From a virus, in the IMG/VR virus record IMGVR_UViG_3300030329_005658, positions 8,565-72,564 of that record: DNA of 64,000 bases; one strand, 5' to 3'. Numbering within the stretch: the first letter of the stretch is position 1; each line of letters begins with the position of its first letter. This document shows, piece by piece, positions 11,197 to 19,396 of this stretch. Below the pieces are notes generated by a model. That model did not search any database and was not told the origin of the DNA. It saw only the letters and a program-made list of their open reading frames with translations. The position numbers were made by a program, and so were the translations under genes.

Positions 11197-12144
11197 ATGG
11201 GTTTTTTAGATAATAGCGGTGATATAATTTTGGATGCCGTTTTAACAGATCATGGAAGAAAGGTATTGGCAAAGGGAGATGGTTCCTTTCAAATTACAAA
11301 ATTCGCCGTTGGGGATGAAGAGATAGATTATTCTCTGTATAATATCAACCACGCTAGTGGATCTGCTTATTATGATTTAGAGATTTTGCAGACTCCTGTT
11401 TTGGAAGCGTTCACAAATAATGCCTCTTCCATGAAGACAAAACTAATTTCATATGATAATGAAAGGCTGTTATATTTGCCAATGTTAAAATTAAATACTA
11501 ACCTTAATGACACCAGGCAGCATACAAGCGGATCGTTTTTCATTGCCGTAGACCAAGAGACAGAGGGAACAGATGCCGCCGCCACTACTGCTGCTGTCGG
11601 GATTGATTCTGCTGGTGCCCATGTTCAGGGTATCTTGTTTGGAGTTTCGTTTGAGTCTTCGAATTCAATTAGAGTCGACCAGGGAATTGATTCCACTGAA
11701 GTAAGCGCACAAAACCCAGGCCTGATGCAAGGGCTAATTGATGATATGTATATTATTCAAATGGATAATCGTTTGGGGAGAATTGTAGATTTGACTGGTG
11801 GCCGAATCGGTTTAGACTATATCGACGACGATGATGTTGGATTCTATACCGTTGATGCGTCTCATGGAATCGTTTCTAGAAACAATGACACAACCAACTC
11901 AGCAACCCAAACAATTGCTGGTCCGCGCGGAACCATTTTACAATTTAAGGTTGCCGCGTCTTTGGATCTTAACACAAGTACATATTTGTTTAACCAACTT
12001 GGTGGGCAAACTACTATGGTCAATAAGGCAGGCTCAGTTAGTCAAAGTGTCCGATATATTGACACAATAATCAGAGTCACCGGTATGCAAACTGGATATA
12101 GTTTGGATATCCCTGTAAGATTCATCAAAACAATTACAACTTAA
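11197..12144 (+). CDS. Putative baseplate/tail structural protein
   Basis: RBS AGGAG; N-terminal LTDHGRKVLAKG..FQITKFAVGDEEIDY resembles tail-collar/fibre attachment N-termini. Confidence 0.6.
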   Translation: MGFLDNSGDIILDAVLTDHGRKVLAKGDGSFQITKFAVGDEEIDYSLYNINHASGSAYYDLEILQTPVLEAFTNNASSMKTKLISYDNERLLYLPMLKLNTNLNDTRQHTSGSFFIAVDQETEGTDAAATTAAVGIDSAGAHVQGILFGVSFESSNSIRVDQGIDSTEVSAQNPGLMQGLIDDMYIIQMDNRLGRIVDLTGGRIGLDYIDDDDVGFYTVDASHGIVSRNNDTTNSATQTIAGPRGTILQFKVAASLDLNTSTYLFNQLGGQTTMVNKAGSVSQSVRYIDTIIRVTGMQTGYSLDIPVRFIKTITT

Positions 12145-12157
12145 AAGAGAGAAAATT

Positions 12158-13255
12158 ATGGCTGAAAGTTTTTATAAACCACTGGATAATGCTAACGACA
12201 TTATCAACACCAGAACCCTACTTCATGAGGCGATACCTCTAACTGGTACGATTGTAAGTGGCACCTATGGCACAAACAATATTAAAGATTATACACATGG
12301 GATGTTTCAATCTGTATACGATTATCCGTATCTTAGCTCTTCTGCGAATCATATTTTCGATATCACCGTTGGAGTTGGCACGCAATCAGGTATTTATGGG
12401 TCTGTTACGAGTCAGCAATCAAAAAAGAAGAACATTTACAACCAAATGGCACAAGTGCTTATGGGCTATGATGCCACGGGGTCTATACTTCAGTTTGATG
12501 CGGACGGAAATATTATTGCTGGGGGTACCAAGATCAATGACGGGTTCTTTTTGAATTTCGCAAGGCTGTTGACCAAAGACGAAATTAAGAAAGGTTCTTT
12601 TAGATTAGATTTGGGTGTTGATGATGCTTACACAGAGGGCGGCGCCGTATTTAATAATAGAATTAAAATCACAGATGCCAGTGGTTCGGACGGATATCTT
12701 GTTAACTCACCTGCTGGTGAATATGGTATTCTTTATGCTACCGCCAGTTCTGGAACGAACGTTTTAGGCGCGAACCAGTCTTATGCTGTCGGGCTTTTGT
12801 TTTATCAAGCCGGAATCGCATTCATCTCTGGGTCTGTGTTCAATGATACGGATGACGGGGGTATTATTCACACCGACATCGGTTCCAACCATCTCGCATC
12901 GACTGCTGGGGCAACAGGGTTTCAGTTTGCTACAGCTTCTACCATTTCTAATGTTGCGAACGCAATCAGGACTAGAATTTACAATCTCCAATTCAATAAC
13001 ACAGTGGAGTTGAATTCTACAATTTATTTTTGCCGCGTTAACCACAACGAATATAACTATTCGACCAACCCGACATATCTAAACGCTAGCAAGATTAGAG
13101 TCAAGACAAAATCAACTGACGAGCCAGTTTCATATATTACGACAATAGGGCTCTATAGCGACAATAATGAGTTGATGGCAACAGCGAAACTCAGCGAACC
13201 TCTTAAGAAGACAAGCAACAACGAGTTTACTATTCGGGTTAGATTAGATTACTAA
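12158..13255 (+). CDS. Putative tail/baseplate structural protein
   Basis: C-terminal YITTIGLYSDNNELMATAKLSEPLKK..IRVRLDY is paralogous to the next gene. Confidence 0.6.
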   Translation: MAESFYKPLDNANDIINTRTLLHEAIPLTGTIVSGTYGTNNIKDYTHGMFQSVYDYPYLSSSANHIFDITVGVGTQSGIYGSVTSQQSKKKNIYNQMAQVLMGYDATGSILQFDADGNIIAGGTKINDGFFLNFARLLTKDEIKKGSFRLDLGVDDAYTEGGAVFNNRIKITDASGSDGYLVNSPAGEYGILYATASSGTNVLGANQSYAVGLLFYQAGIAFISGSVFNDTDDGGIIHTDIGSNHLASTAGATGFQFATASTISNVANAIRTRIYNLQFNNTVELNSTIYFCRVNHNEYNYSTNPTYLNASKIRVKTKSTDEPVSYITTIGLYSDNNELMATAKLSEPLKKTSNNEFTIRVRLDY

Positions 13256-13266
13256 AATAATATGTT

Positions 13267-14412
13267 ATGCTATACTACAAATTTGAAGAAGACGACATTT
13301 TTGTCAATACACTGAGAACTTATCCACTATACCAATATTATATTTATAGCGGCTCAATTTATTTTGATAATAGTCCAAAAGTTGTAGGCCAAAACACGAG
13401 CAACATATTATCAGTTGATGATAATCACATATCTTTATATGAGTATAATATTGACCGTAGCAGCAACTACATTTATCCCTTTATAATAAAAGGAGATGAA
13501 AGGCACTGCTTTAAGAAGATAACAAGAGAAGATTTCTCAACACAATATGCCTTGGGAGATCAAATCACATCTTCTTATCGCATGTCGGCTAGTATAATTC
13601 GATACCACTACGCAGCGAATGCCACTAGGGCCAGAATCAGGGCCATGAGAAATACAACAGATCATTATACATATAGGTCTCCGCATTATCAATATTCATC
13701 TTCGTTTGGGAATAAGGCAACCCAGCAATTAAACCTGGTGTCTATCCCATCCATATTGTATGGAAGCTCAATTAAAAAAGGCTCAGTCTCTCTTAAATAT
13801 TATATTACCGGGTCTTTGATCGGGGAGCTTTCAGATTATAGAATGAACGGGGAGCTTGTACAAATTGGCCCTGCCGGCTCAAATGGGTCTGGGTCTGTAG
13901 CAGGTGTTGTTCTATATAATGAAGGCCTTTTGGTATTAACAGGTAGTTGGGAGCTTAATTCTCAAACTATCGCATATGATGCCTCGGATAAATCAAAGTG
14001 GGTTTATTTTGGTTATGGCGCCAATGATGGCAATACCACTAATTTGACTTCTGTTTCTTCCTCATTTTATTTGGGCTATTCCGGGTCTCATGACACCCAA
14101 GTGGTAACAATGCTGGCTAAAGCCCCGTATGAAAATCTCAATTATAGCAATAACCCGACATATGTTTCGGCCTCGCAGGCGAATTCAATCATTTCAGGGT
14201 CAAATCGGTTTATTGAAATGCCGAGAGAGGTGAGGAACACTTCTGATTATAACTTCAATGATGTCACTGCCCCGATGGATCAATCAATCTATATTTCAAA
14301 AATTAATATTTATGATGATGACAAGAATTTAATTGGAGTTGCTAAACTCGCCAAGCCCATAAGAAAAACCAAAGATCGCCAATTTACATTTAAATTGAAG
14401 TTGGACATATAA
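13267..14412 (+). CDS. Putative tail/baseplate structural protein (paralogue of 12158..13255)
   Basis: Shared IKKGS, G.L.Y..G, YS.NPTY and YISKINIYDDDKNLIGVAKLAKPIRK motifs. Confidence 0.6.
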   Translation: MLYYKFEEDDIFVNTLRTYPLYQYYIYSGSIYFDNSPKVVGQNTSNILSVDDNHISLYEYNIDRSSNYIYPFIIKGDERHCFKKITREDFSTQYALGDQITSSYRMSASIIRYHYAANATRARIRAMRNTTDHYTYRSPHYQYSSSFGNKATQQLNLVSIPSILYGSSIKKGSVSLKYYITGSLIGELSDYRMNGELVQIGPAGSNGSGSVAGVVLYNEGLLVLTGSWELNSQTIAYDASDKSKWVYFGYGANDGNTTNLTSVSSSFYLGYSGSHDTQVVTMLAKAPYENLNYSNNPTYVSASQANSIISGSNRFIEMPREVRNTSDYNFNDVTAPMDQSIYISKINIYDDDKNLIGVAKLAKPIRKTKDRQFTFKLKLDI

Positions 14413-14430
14413 GATTTTACATTTTTTTAC

Positions 14431-14459
14431 TTGACAGAAGTTTGAAATTGTGTTATAAT
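14431..14459 (+). promoter_or_regulatory. Consensus sigma70 promoter
   Basis: TTGACA (14431-36), 17-nt spacer, TATAAT (14454-59) with TGn extended -10. Confidence 0.9.
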
Positions 14460-14466
14460 TTATATT

Positions 14467-14991
14467 ATGAAAGAATTTATTTTAGGCCTAGATGTTAGTA
14501 CAAGCCGAGTTGGAATAACTGTTTTAAGCCCTGAAGCAGACTTAATTGATTGTCAAGTGGTTAAGTTGAACTCTAAAGATGAATTAGAAGATAGATGTGA
14601 TCAATTAAAGAAACATTTACAGATAAATTATAATAAATATTATATAAAAGAAGTATATATAGAATCTCCATTTATTATGTTTTCTGGAGGGAAAACAACA
14701 GCAATGACAATGGCAAAGCTACAGCGATTCAATGGAATGGTGTCCTATATGGTGCGAGAATTGTATGGTGTGAATGCTGTATCTATCGCTGCTAATAAAG
14801 CAAGAGGACTTGTTGGTCTAAAGGTAAAGCGAGGTGAAAACACAAAGCTTAAGGTTATTGAGTGGGCACAAAAACAGTACCCAAAAAACTTTATTGTAGA
14901 ATACACAAGGCATGGAAACCCAAAGCCCGGAACTGATGATAAAGCAGATTCAATCGTAATTGCCAGAGCAGGACTACTTATTGAAAGATAG
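14467..14991 (+). CDS. RuvC-like Holliday junction resolvase
   Basis: RNase H-fold motifs ILGLDVSTSRVG, VYIES, DDKADSIVIA. Confidence 0.8.
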   Translation: MKEFILGLDVSTSRVGITVLSPEADLIDCQVVKLNSKDELEDRCDQLKKHLQINYNKYYIKEVYIESPFIMFSGGKTTAMTMAKLQRFNGMVSYMVRELYGVNAVSIAANKARGLVGLKVKRGENTKLKVIEWAQKQYPKNFIVEYTRHGNPKPGTDDKADSIVIARAGLLIER

Positions 14992-14999
14992 GAGTTTTT

Positions 15000-15140
15000 A
15001 TGAAGGCAATCTGTTTAACTTGTTTTTGGGTTAATGCTGGATTAGCATGGTATGCTGTTGCGAATGATGTGGGGATAGCCCCAGTGGCTTTGGCTCTGGT
15101 TTCTGCCGGGCTTTGTTTGGCTGGTTATTTACAGAAATAA
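15000..15140 (+). CDS. 46-aa small membrane protein (not in ORF track)
   Basis: GGAG RBS; MKAICLTCFWVNAGLAWYAVANDVGIAPVALALVSAGLCLAGYLQK has two hydrophobic segments. Confidence 0.6.
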   Translation: MKAICLTCFWVNAGLAWYAVANDVGIAPVALALVSAGLCLAGYLQK

Positions 15141-15141
15141 T

Positions 15142-15170
15142 TTGACAACTGCCTTGTGGCATGATATATG
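15142..15170 (+). promoter_or_regulatory. Possible sigma70 promoter
   Basis: Perfect TTGACA, 17-nt spacer, TGn + TATATG; the -10 is imperfect and overlaps the ATG at 15168. Confidence 0.4.
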
Positions 15171-15371
15171 GAGAATAAGCACTTAATAAAAGTTGGCTCA
15201 TTGGTAGTAGATGCCAATCCCTATAAGGCACCAGAGTTGTTTTATGGTTATGGAATTGTTCTCGAAGTAATAAGCGAATTTTATGTGATTGTCCATTGGG
15301 ATAAATATAATTTTACTCAAGCTGTAAGAATTTCTGATTTGGAGGTATTAGATGAAATTGAAGATAGGTGA
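15168..15371 (+). CDS. Small SH3/KOW-like array protein A1
   Basis: IKVGSLV..GIV..VHW..LEVLDE pattern. Confidence 0.7.
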   Translation: MENKHLIKVGSLVVDANPYKAPELFYGYGIVLEVISEFYVIVHWDKYNFTQAVRISDLEVLDEIEDR

Positions 15372-15525
15372 TAAGGTAGAGCGGAGGTGGAAACCGGCTT
15401 TAGGCCATGGGGTCATTACTCATATACTTGGGAATAAGATAGTAGTGACTTGGTACGGCCCGGAAAAACCAATAGTTGAATTTGAGCAAGCAAAATATCT
15501 AAGAGTGCTCAATGAAAGTCGGTGA
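15352..15525 (+). CDS. Small SH3/KOW-like array protein A2 (57 aa, not in ORF track)
   Basis: MKLKIGDKVERRWKPALGHGVITHILGNKIVVTWYGPEKPIVEFEQAKYLRVLNESR; GGAGG RBS. Confidence 0.75.
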   Translation: MKLKIGDKVERRWKPALGHGVITHILGNKIVVTWYGPEKPIVEFEQAKYLRVLNESR

Positions 15526-15688
15526 TCTTGTAAAAGTCAAGCCATCACCTTGGGTTTTTCGCTCTACGGACATTGGAATCATATATAATAAGACTAGCAC
15601 CTGTGTCCATGTGAATTGGTTTGAGTGGGGCTCTATTCGTTATAGCATTGGAACCACAGAAGACGAATTAGAAGTTATCTCATCATGA
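15512..15688 (+). CDS. Small SH3/KOW-like array protein A3 (58 aa, not in ORF track)
   Basis: MKVGDLVKVKPSPWVFRSTDIGIIYNKTSTCVHVNWFEWGSIRYSIGTTEDELEVISS. Confidence 0.75.
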   Translation: MKVGDLVKVKPSPWVFRSTDIGIIYNKTSTCVHVNWFEWGSIRYSIGTTEDELEVISS

Positions 15689-15900
15689 ATTCGGGAGATT
15701 TAATTCTAATTCGAGTATGGCCTTGCGATGAATTGAGGTTTGGGCTTTTGGTTCAACAACTAGGCTGGAGAGAAGTGATGGAGTTACAAATTAGATGTAG
15801 GCGAGCATGGTGGGTTCATTTCCCAGATATTAACAAAATGATGGCTTACGATGAAGACTTAATAATATTATTATCCGAGGACGAAAATGAACACGTTTAA
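15685..15900 (+). CDS. Small SH3/KOW-like array protein A4 (divergent)
   Basis: MNSGDLILIR..GLLV..WWVHF; ATGA overlap with A3. Confidence 0.65.
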   Translation: MNSGDLILIRVWPCDELRFGLLVQQLGWREVMELQIRCRRAWWVHFPDINKMMAYDEDLIILLSEDENEHV

Positions 15901-16591
15901 GACATATGAAACCTGCCAAGTATTTTATTCCAATTGGTCGCAGAAATTAAAAAAGGGTGACGAAAACTATTGGTGGACGATAGCTACCATTGCTGATTGG
16001 ATCGGTCATGCCCTTGAGGGAAGCCGCAGAATCCCAGGCCAGCAGCCCATATGGGCATCAACAATAGGAGTTGTCCAGACAAAAGAGAAGTTTGGGCAAG
16101 TTAGGGTGTATTGTTATTTTGCTCTTTCAGAAGCTGTTGAGGCGGAGTACAAATTATATGTAAGTAATATTAAGGAGGAAAATAGCAAATATTACGACTG
16201 GAAATCTTCAGGCCAACAAGCTCATATTAAAAAAGAAGAATATGAAAGCGGCAAGTATCCTATTAAATTGAAAACTATTGAAGACTTTTCTCAAGAATGT
16301 TATTTCAAGGACTTGCGACATTATAGAGAAGTTTATTATGAAGCTTTTAAGCTTTGGCCACAATACGAATCTGCCATCCGCGCAGGCGCTGACTTCTCTG
16401 AATACCTTCTTGAATTGGACGAGGTTGATGCGTATTTCGATTTTATTTTAAACAGCAACCTTAAATGGTATCGCGAATCCTCTACTTGGTCTGACCAGGG
16501 AGAAAATGGAATGAGGGAGTCCAATTTGAGAAGGAAGAACAAAGTTAAAAATATACTTGATTTCTTAAACAACGGAGAGGAAAATGCCTAA
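15887..16591 (+). CDS. Hypothetical protein with QxKEKFG motif
   Basis: 234-aa ORF; VQTKEKFGQVRVY; overlaps both neighbours. Confidence 0.6.
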   Translation: MNTFKTYETCQVFYSNWSQKLKKGDENYWWTIATIADWIGHALEGSRRIPGQQPIWASTIGVVQTKEKFGQVRVYCYFALSEAVEAEYKLYVSNIKEENSKYYDWKSSGQQAHIKKEEYESGKYPIKLKTIEDFSQECYFKDLRHYREVYYEAFKLWPQYESAIRAGADFSEYLLELDEVDAYFDFILNSNLKWYRESSTWSDQGENGMRESNLRRKNKVKNILDFLNNGEENA

Positions 16592-16904
16592 AAAAGGATT
16601 AGATAAAAAAGGCGATGTCGGACTTAAAGACAGGCAAAAACATAAGGTAGAGCCACCAAAGGAATATAAAGTTGTTTTTTATAATGACGATTATACACCA
16701 ATGGAATTTGTAACTCAGTTGTTGATGCAGATTTTTCATAAAGACTCAATGACAGCAAAAGCAATAACTCAGCACGTTCATAACAACGGTAGAGGTATCG
16801 CCGGAGTATATTCGAGAGAAATAGCGGAAACAAAGACACATGAATGTATGGCTATAGCTAAAAACTATGAGCACCCTTTAATGATTGATTTTGAGCCGGA
16901 GTGA
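16584..16904 (+). CDS. clpS: ATP-dependent Clp protease adaptor ClpS
   Basis: YKVVFYNDDYTPMEFV..VHNNGRGIAGVYSREIAETK..HPL. Confidence 0.95.
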   Translation: MPKKGLDKKGDVGLKDRQKHKVEPPKEYKVVFYNDDYTPMEFVTQLLMQIFHKDSMTAKAITQHVHNNGRGIAGVYSREIAETKTHECMAIAKNYEHPLMIDFEPE

Positions 16905-16952
16905 CTATTTAAGTGGTCTTACGAATGGCAAGAAAAAACAAAGGATAATAAT

Positions 16953-17555
16953 ATGATAACAGCAATGGGCGATGTAATGCGCCGGGCCTATGAGAGGGGC
17001 TGGATAACAACAAGAGATGGAAATATTTCACTGAGGCGAAAGGCGAGTGATATTTTTTACGTCACACCCTCAGGTTGGAGAAAGACGATTATCCATCCAG
17101 AGCACATGATCAAAATCAGACTAACTCCAGCCGGCCTTGATGTTTTAGATGGTCACGCAAAACCATCTGGAGAATTGGCTATGCACGGCAAACTACAGAG
17201 GTACCATAAAAGGACTAGGGCTGTTGTTCATCTTCATCCTACTAATATTATTGCTGCCATGTATGCTGGGTGGGATTTACAAACTTTAGCCGCCGAATTT
17301 CCTGAAGTTTCTAGATACACCAGGGTTGGGCCATCTGTTCCAGTTTTACCTGTAACTTCCGATGAATTAGCTTGCGCAACCTTTCAAGCAATGACAGCAG
17401 AACACTCGAATAGAGTCATTTATGATATAGTTGGGCAAGGTGCTCATGGGGTTTGTGCTATTGGGCCCAACCCTTGGGATGCTTATGAGCATATTGAGAG
17501 ACTGGAACACATATGCGAAATCGCCCTTAGGAGTGGGGTCAAGCCCAAAAAGTAA
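16953..17555 (+). CDS. Class II aldolase/adducin family protein (FucA/RhaD/MtnB-like)
   Basis: GNISLR, TPSG, KPSGELAMH, VVHLHP, HGV metal-binding motifs. Confidence 0.85.
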   Translation: MITAMGDVMRRAYERGWITTRDGNISLRRKASDIFYVTPSGWRKTIIHPEHMIKIRLTPAGLDVLDGHAKPSGELAMHGKLQRYHKRTRAVVHLHPTNIIAAMYAGWDLQTLAAEFPEVSRYTRVGPSVPVLPVTSDELACATFQAMTAEHSNRVIYDIVGQGAHGVCAIGPNPWDAYEHIERLEHICEIALRSGVKPKK

Positions 17556-17563
17556 AAAATAAT

Positions 17564-17593
17564 TTGACAAATTCTTCAAGCATGTTATATATT
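17564..17593 (+). promoter_or_regulatory. Sigma70-type promoter upstream of array B
   Basis: TTGACA 17564-69; TATATT 17588-93 (18-nt spacer) or TGn-TATATA 17586-91; GGAGG RBS follows. Confidence 0.7.
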
Positions 17594-17615
17594 CTATGTA
17601 CATCGGAGGTACATT

Positions 17616-17663
17616 ATGAATAGCAGTGGTGGAAAGCTTCGTGAAAATTGGCGACTTAGTTAG
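17616..17663 (+). CDS. Possible 15-aa leader peptide MNSSGGKLRENWRLS
   Basis: GGAGGT RBS at 17605-10; overlaps the first cassette in the same frame relation as the array junctions. Confidence 0.45.
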   Translation: MNSSGGKLRENWRLS

Positions 17664-17826
17664 AGGAACCTATTCCGGAAGAATTGGGATTATTGTGTCA
17701 CAACCTATTGAATTTGTTAAAGAGACAATAGTTATTAAGGCATTTGTTTCAGTTTTATGGTCAGACGGGCAGTATTCTAATTCTTATGAATCTCAATTTT
17801 TAGAGGTAATAAATGAAAGTAGGTGA
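17641..17826 (+). CDS. Small SH3/KOW-like array protein B1
   Basis: GTG-KIGDLVRG..GIIV..VLW..FLEVINESR. Confidence 0.75.
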   Translation: MKIGDLVRGTYSGRIGIIVSQPIEFVKETIVIKAFVSVLWSDGQYSNSYESQFLEVINESR

Positions 17827-18004
17827 TTTGGTACAAGAGCGCGAATCAGGCGAGGTTGGCATTATTATTGGGGGTCCAATAAACAAGCTCATAGACGGTC
17901 CATCGATCATGATACTATTTAATGTTCTATGGATCAATGGAGAGGAGGAGCTTGAGGATGTTGAGTTTCTAAAAGTAATAAATGAAAATAGGGGATCTGG
18001 TTAA
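17813..18004 (+). CDS. Small SH3/KOW-like array protein B2
   Basis: MKVGDLV..GIII..VLW..FLKVINE. Confidence 0.8.
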   Translation: MKVGDLVQERESGEVGIIIGGPINKLIDGPSIMILFNVLWINGEEELEDVEFLKVINENRGSG

Positions 18005-18170
18005 ATTAAAATGGAGCGGTAATGGTCGACCAAGTATCGGAATCGTTGTGAGGCTTTTAAGCGAAAAGCCATATAATAATAAAGTAGTTCAAATTTCGTG
18101 GGCAGGGTGGACTATAGCAAAATCCTATTGGGATATAGGTGACTTGGAAATAATCAGTGAAATTAGGTGA
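17982..18170 (+). CDS. Small SH3/KOW-like array protein B3
   Basis: MKIGDLVKL..GIVV..ISW..DLEIISE. Confidence 0.8.
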   Translation: MKIGDLVKLKWSGNGRPSIGIVVRLLSEKPYNNKVVQISWAGWTIAKSYWDIGDLEIISEIR

Positions 18171-18327
18171 TTTAGTAAGGGTGAGGGATAGATTCTCTAG
18201 TGGGGAGGATTATGGGTTTGGGATTATTCTTGAGCCGCCTAATCAGTATGGAGACGCTATAGTGTATTGGATTGATGACGGGGAGATAGTATGTATTTTA
18301 GATCTTTGTTTGGAGGTAGTTCAGTGA
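18157..18327 (+). CDS. Small SH3/KOW-like array protein B4 (56 aa, not in ORF track)
   Basis: GTG start; MKLGDLVRVRDRFSSGEDYGFGIILEPPNQYGDAIVYWIDDGEIVCILDLCLEVVQ. Confidence 0.75.
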   Translation: MKLGDLVRVRDRFSSGEDYGFGIILEPPNQYGDAIVYWIDDGEIVCILDLCLEVVQ

Positions 18328-18482
18328 AGATTGGCGACTTAGTAAAAATGAGCGTTTGGGAAGATGTCGGCATAGTCATTGAAATTGACGATCATATGGC
18401 CCTTGTTTATTGGATTAACGACAAGTTTCTTGAAAATTGGAATTGGATAAGCACCCTGGAGATAATCAATGAAAAAAGGTGA
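18324..18482 (+). CDS. Small SH3/KOW-like array protein B5
   Basis: GTG start after GGAGG; KIGDLVKM..GIVI..VYW..LEIINEKR. Confidence 0.8.
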   Translation: MKIGDLVKMSVWEDVGIVIEIDDHMALVYWINDKFLENWNWISTLEIINEKR

Positions 18483-18651
18483 TTTGGTTAAAGTGAAAGA
18501 AGAATTCGCCCAGACATATTATTATACGGAGATGTATGGTATTATTATATATCCCCGTGATGAATTTGGTGATGTTGTGGTCTGCTGGACTGACGGACAG
18601 ACTGAAGTAATTCAGTTTTTTGAGGTAGAGGTAATTAATGAAAATTGGTGA
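18469..18651 (+). CDS. Small SH3/KOW-like array protein B6
   Basis: MKKGDLVKV..GIII..VCWTDG..VEVINENW. Confidence 0.8.
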   Translation: MKKGDLVKVKEEFAQTYYYTEMYGIIIYPRDEFGDVVVCWTDGQTEVIQFFEVEVINENW

Positions 18652-18889
18652 TCTCATAAGATATAGAGGTAGAAAGCCCACAGATCCACATCCAGGAGTT
18701 GTCGGTAACCTTGGAACGTGGAAGACGCTTGGTGTTGTCGTACGCTTTACAAAAGCTGCGTATGATATAACAGGGGAAATGTTTCCCTCAGTTGAATATG
18801 TTGACTTTAATGGGGATCATATAATTTGTAAATGTGAAGATGTAGAGGTGATTAATGAAAAAAGGGTCCAAAGTAAGAACAACCTTTGA
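18638..18889 (+). CDS. Small SH3/KOW-like array protein B7
   Basis: MKIGDLIRY..GVVV..VEVINE. Confidence 0.8.
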   Translation: MKIGDLIRYRGRKPTDPHPGVVGNLGTWKTLGVVVRFTKAAYDITGEMFPSVEYVDFNGDHIICKCEDVEVINEKRVQSKNNL

Positions 18890-19019
18890 TGGCAAAGTAG
18901 GTATCTCAAAGGGTCCAATCTTTGCTCTTAGTGTTTGGTGGATTTTGGTTCAGTGGCCCGATGGGAGAGAAGCCATGGTTAAGGAGCAATTTCTAGAGGT
19001 GATAGATGCAGATCGGTGA
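18855..19019 (+). CDS. Small SH3/KOW-like array protein B8 (54 aa, not in ORF track)
   Basis: MKKGSKVRTTFDGKVGISKGPIFALSVWWILVQWPDGREAMVKEQFLEVIDADR. Confidence 0.75.
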   Translation: MKKGSKVRTTFDGKVGISKGPIFALSVWWILVQWPDGREAMVKEQFLEVIDADR

Positions 19020-19191
19020 TTTAGTAAGATGTAAGTATTTTCATACTATTGGCATTGTGGCATCACGACCTGAATACTGGCCTAATGATGGTACATCGAA
19101 TGTTGATAAGGTTGTCAAAGTATACTGGGCCCATGGCGCATATTCAAAATACAAGACTCAATACTTGGAGGTGATAAATGGAAGTCGGTGA
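19006..19191 (+). CDS. Small SH3/KOW-like array protein B9
   Basis: MQIGDLVRC..GIV..VYW..YLEVING. Confidence 0.8.
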   Translation: MQIGDLVRCKYFHTIGIVASRPEYWPNDGTSNVDKVVKVYWAHGAYSKYKTQYLEVINGSR

Positions 19192-19396
19192 CTTAGTAAA
19201 ATTTGTGAAATATTATGATTCGAATCTATTGGATCGGGTATCATATCATTTAGTTGGAAAAACAGGAGTCTTAATAAGAAAGGTTACCGATTCCATAGCA
19301 GAGGATTGGGGAGCAGCATGGGATGTTTTAGTTGGAGACGAGGTAGAACCCTTCTGTTATGAAAGGTGGATGGAGGTGATCAGTGAAAATAGGTGA
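19178..19396 (+). CDS. Small SH3/KOW-like array protein B10
   Basis: MEVGDLVKF..GVLI..WDV..MEVISE. Confidence 0.8.
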   Translation: MEVGDLVKFVKYYDSNLLDRVSYHLVGKTGVLIRKVTDSIAEDWGAAWDVLVGDEVEPFCYERWMEVISENR

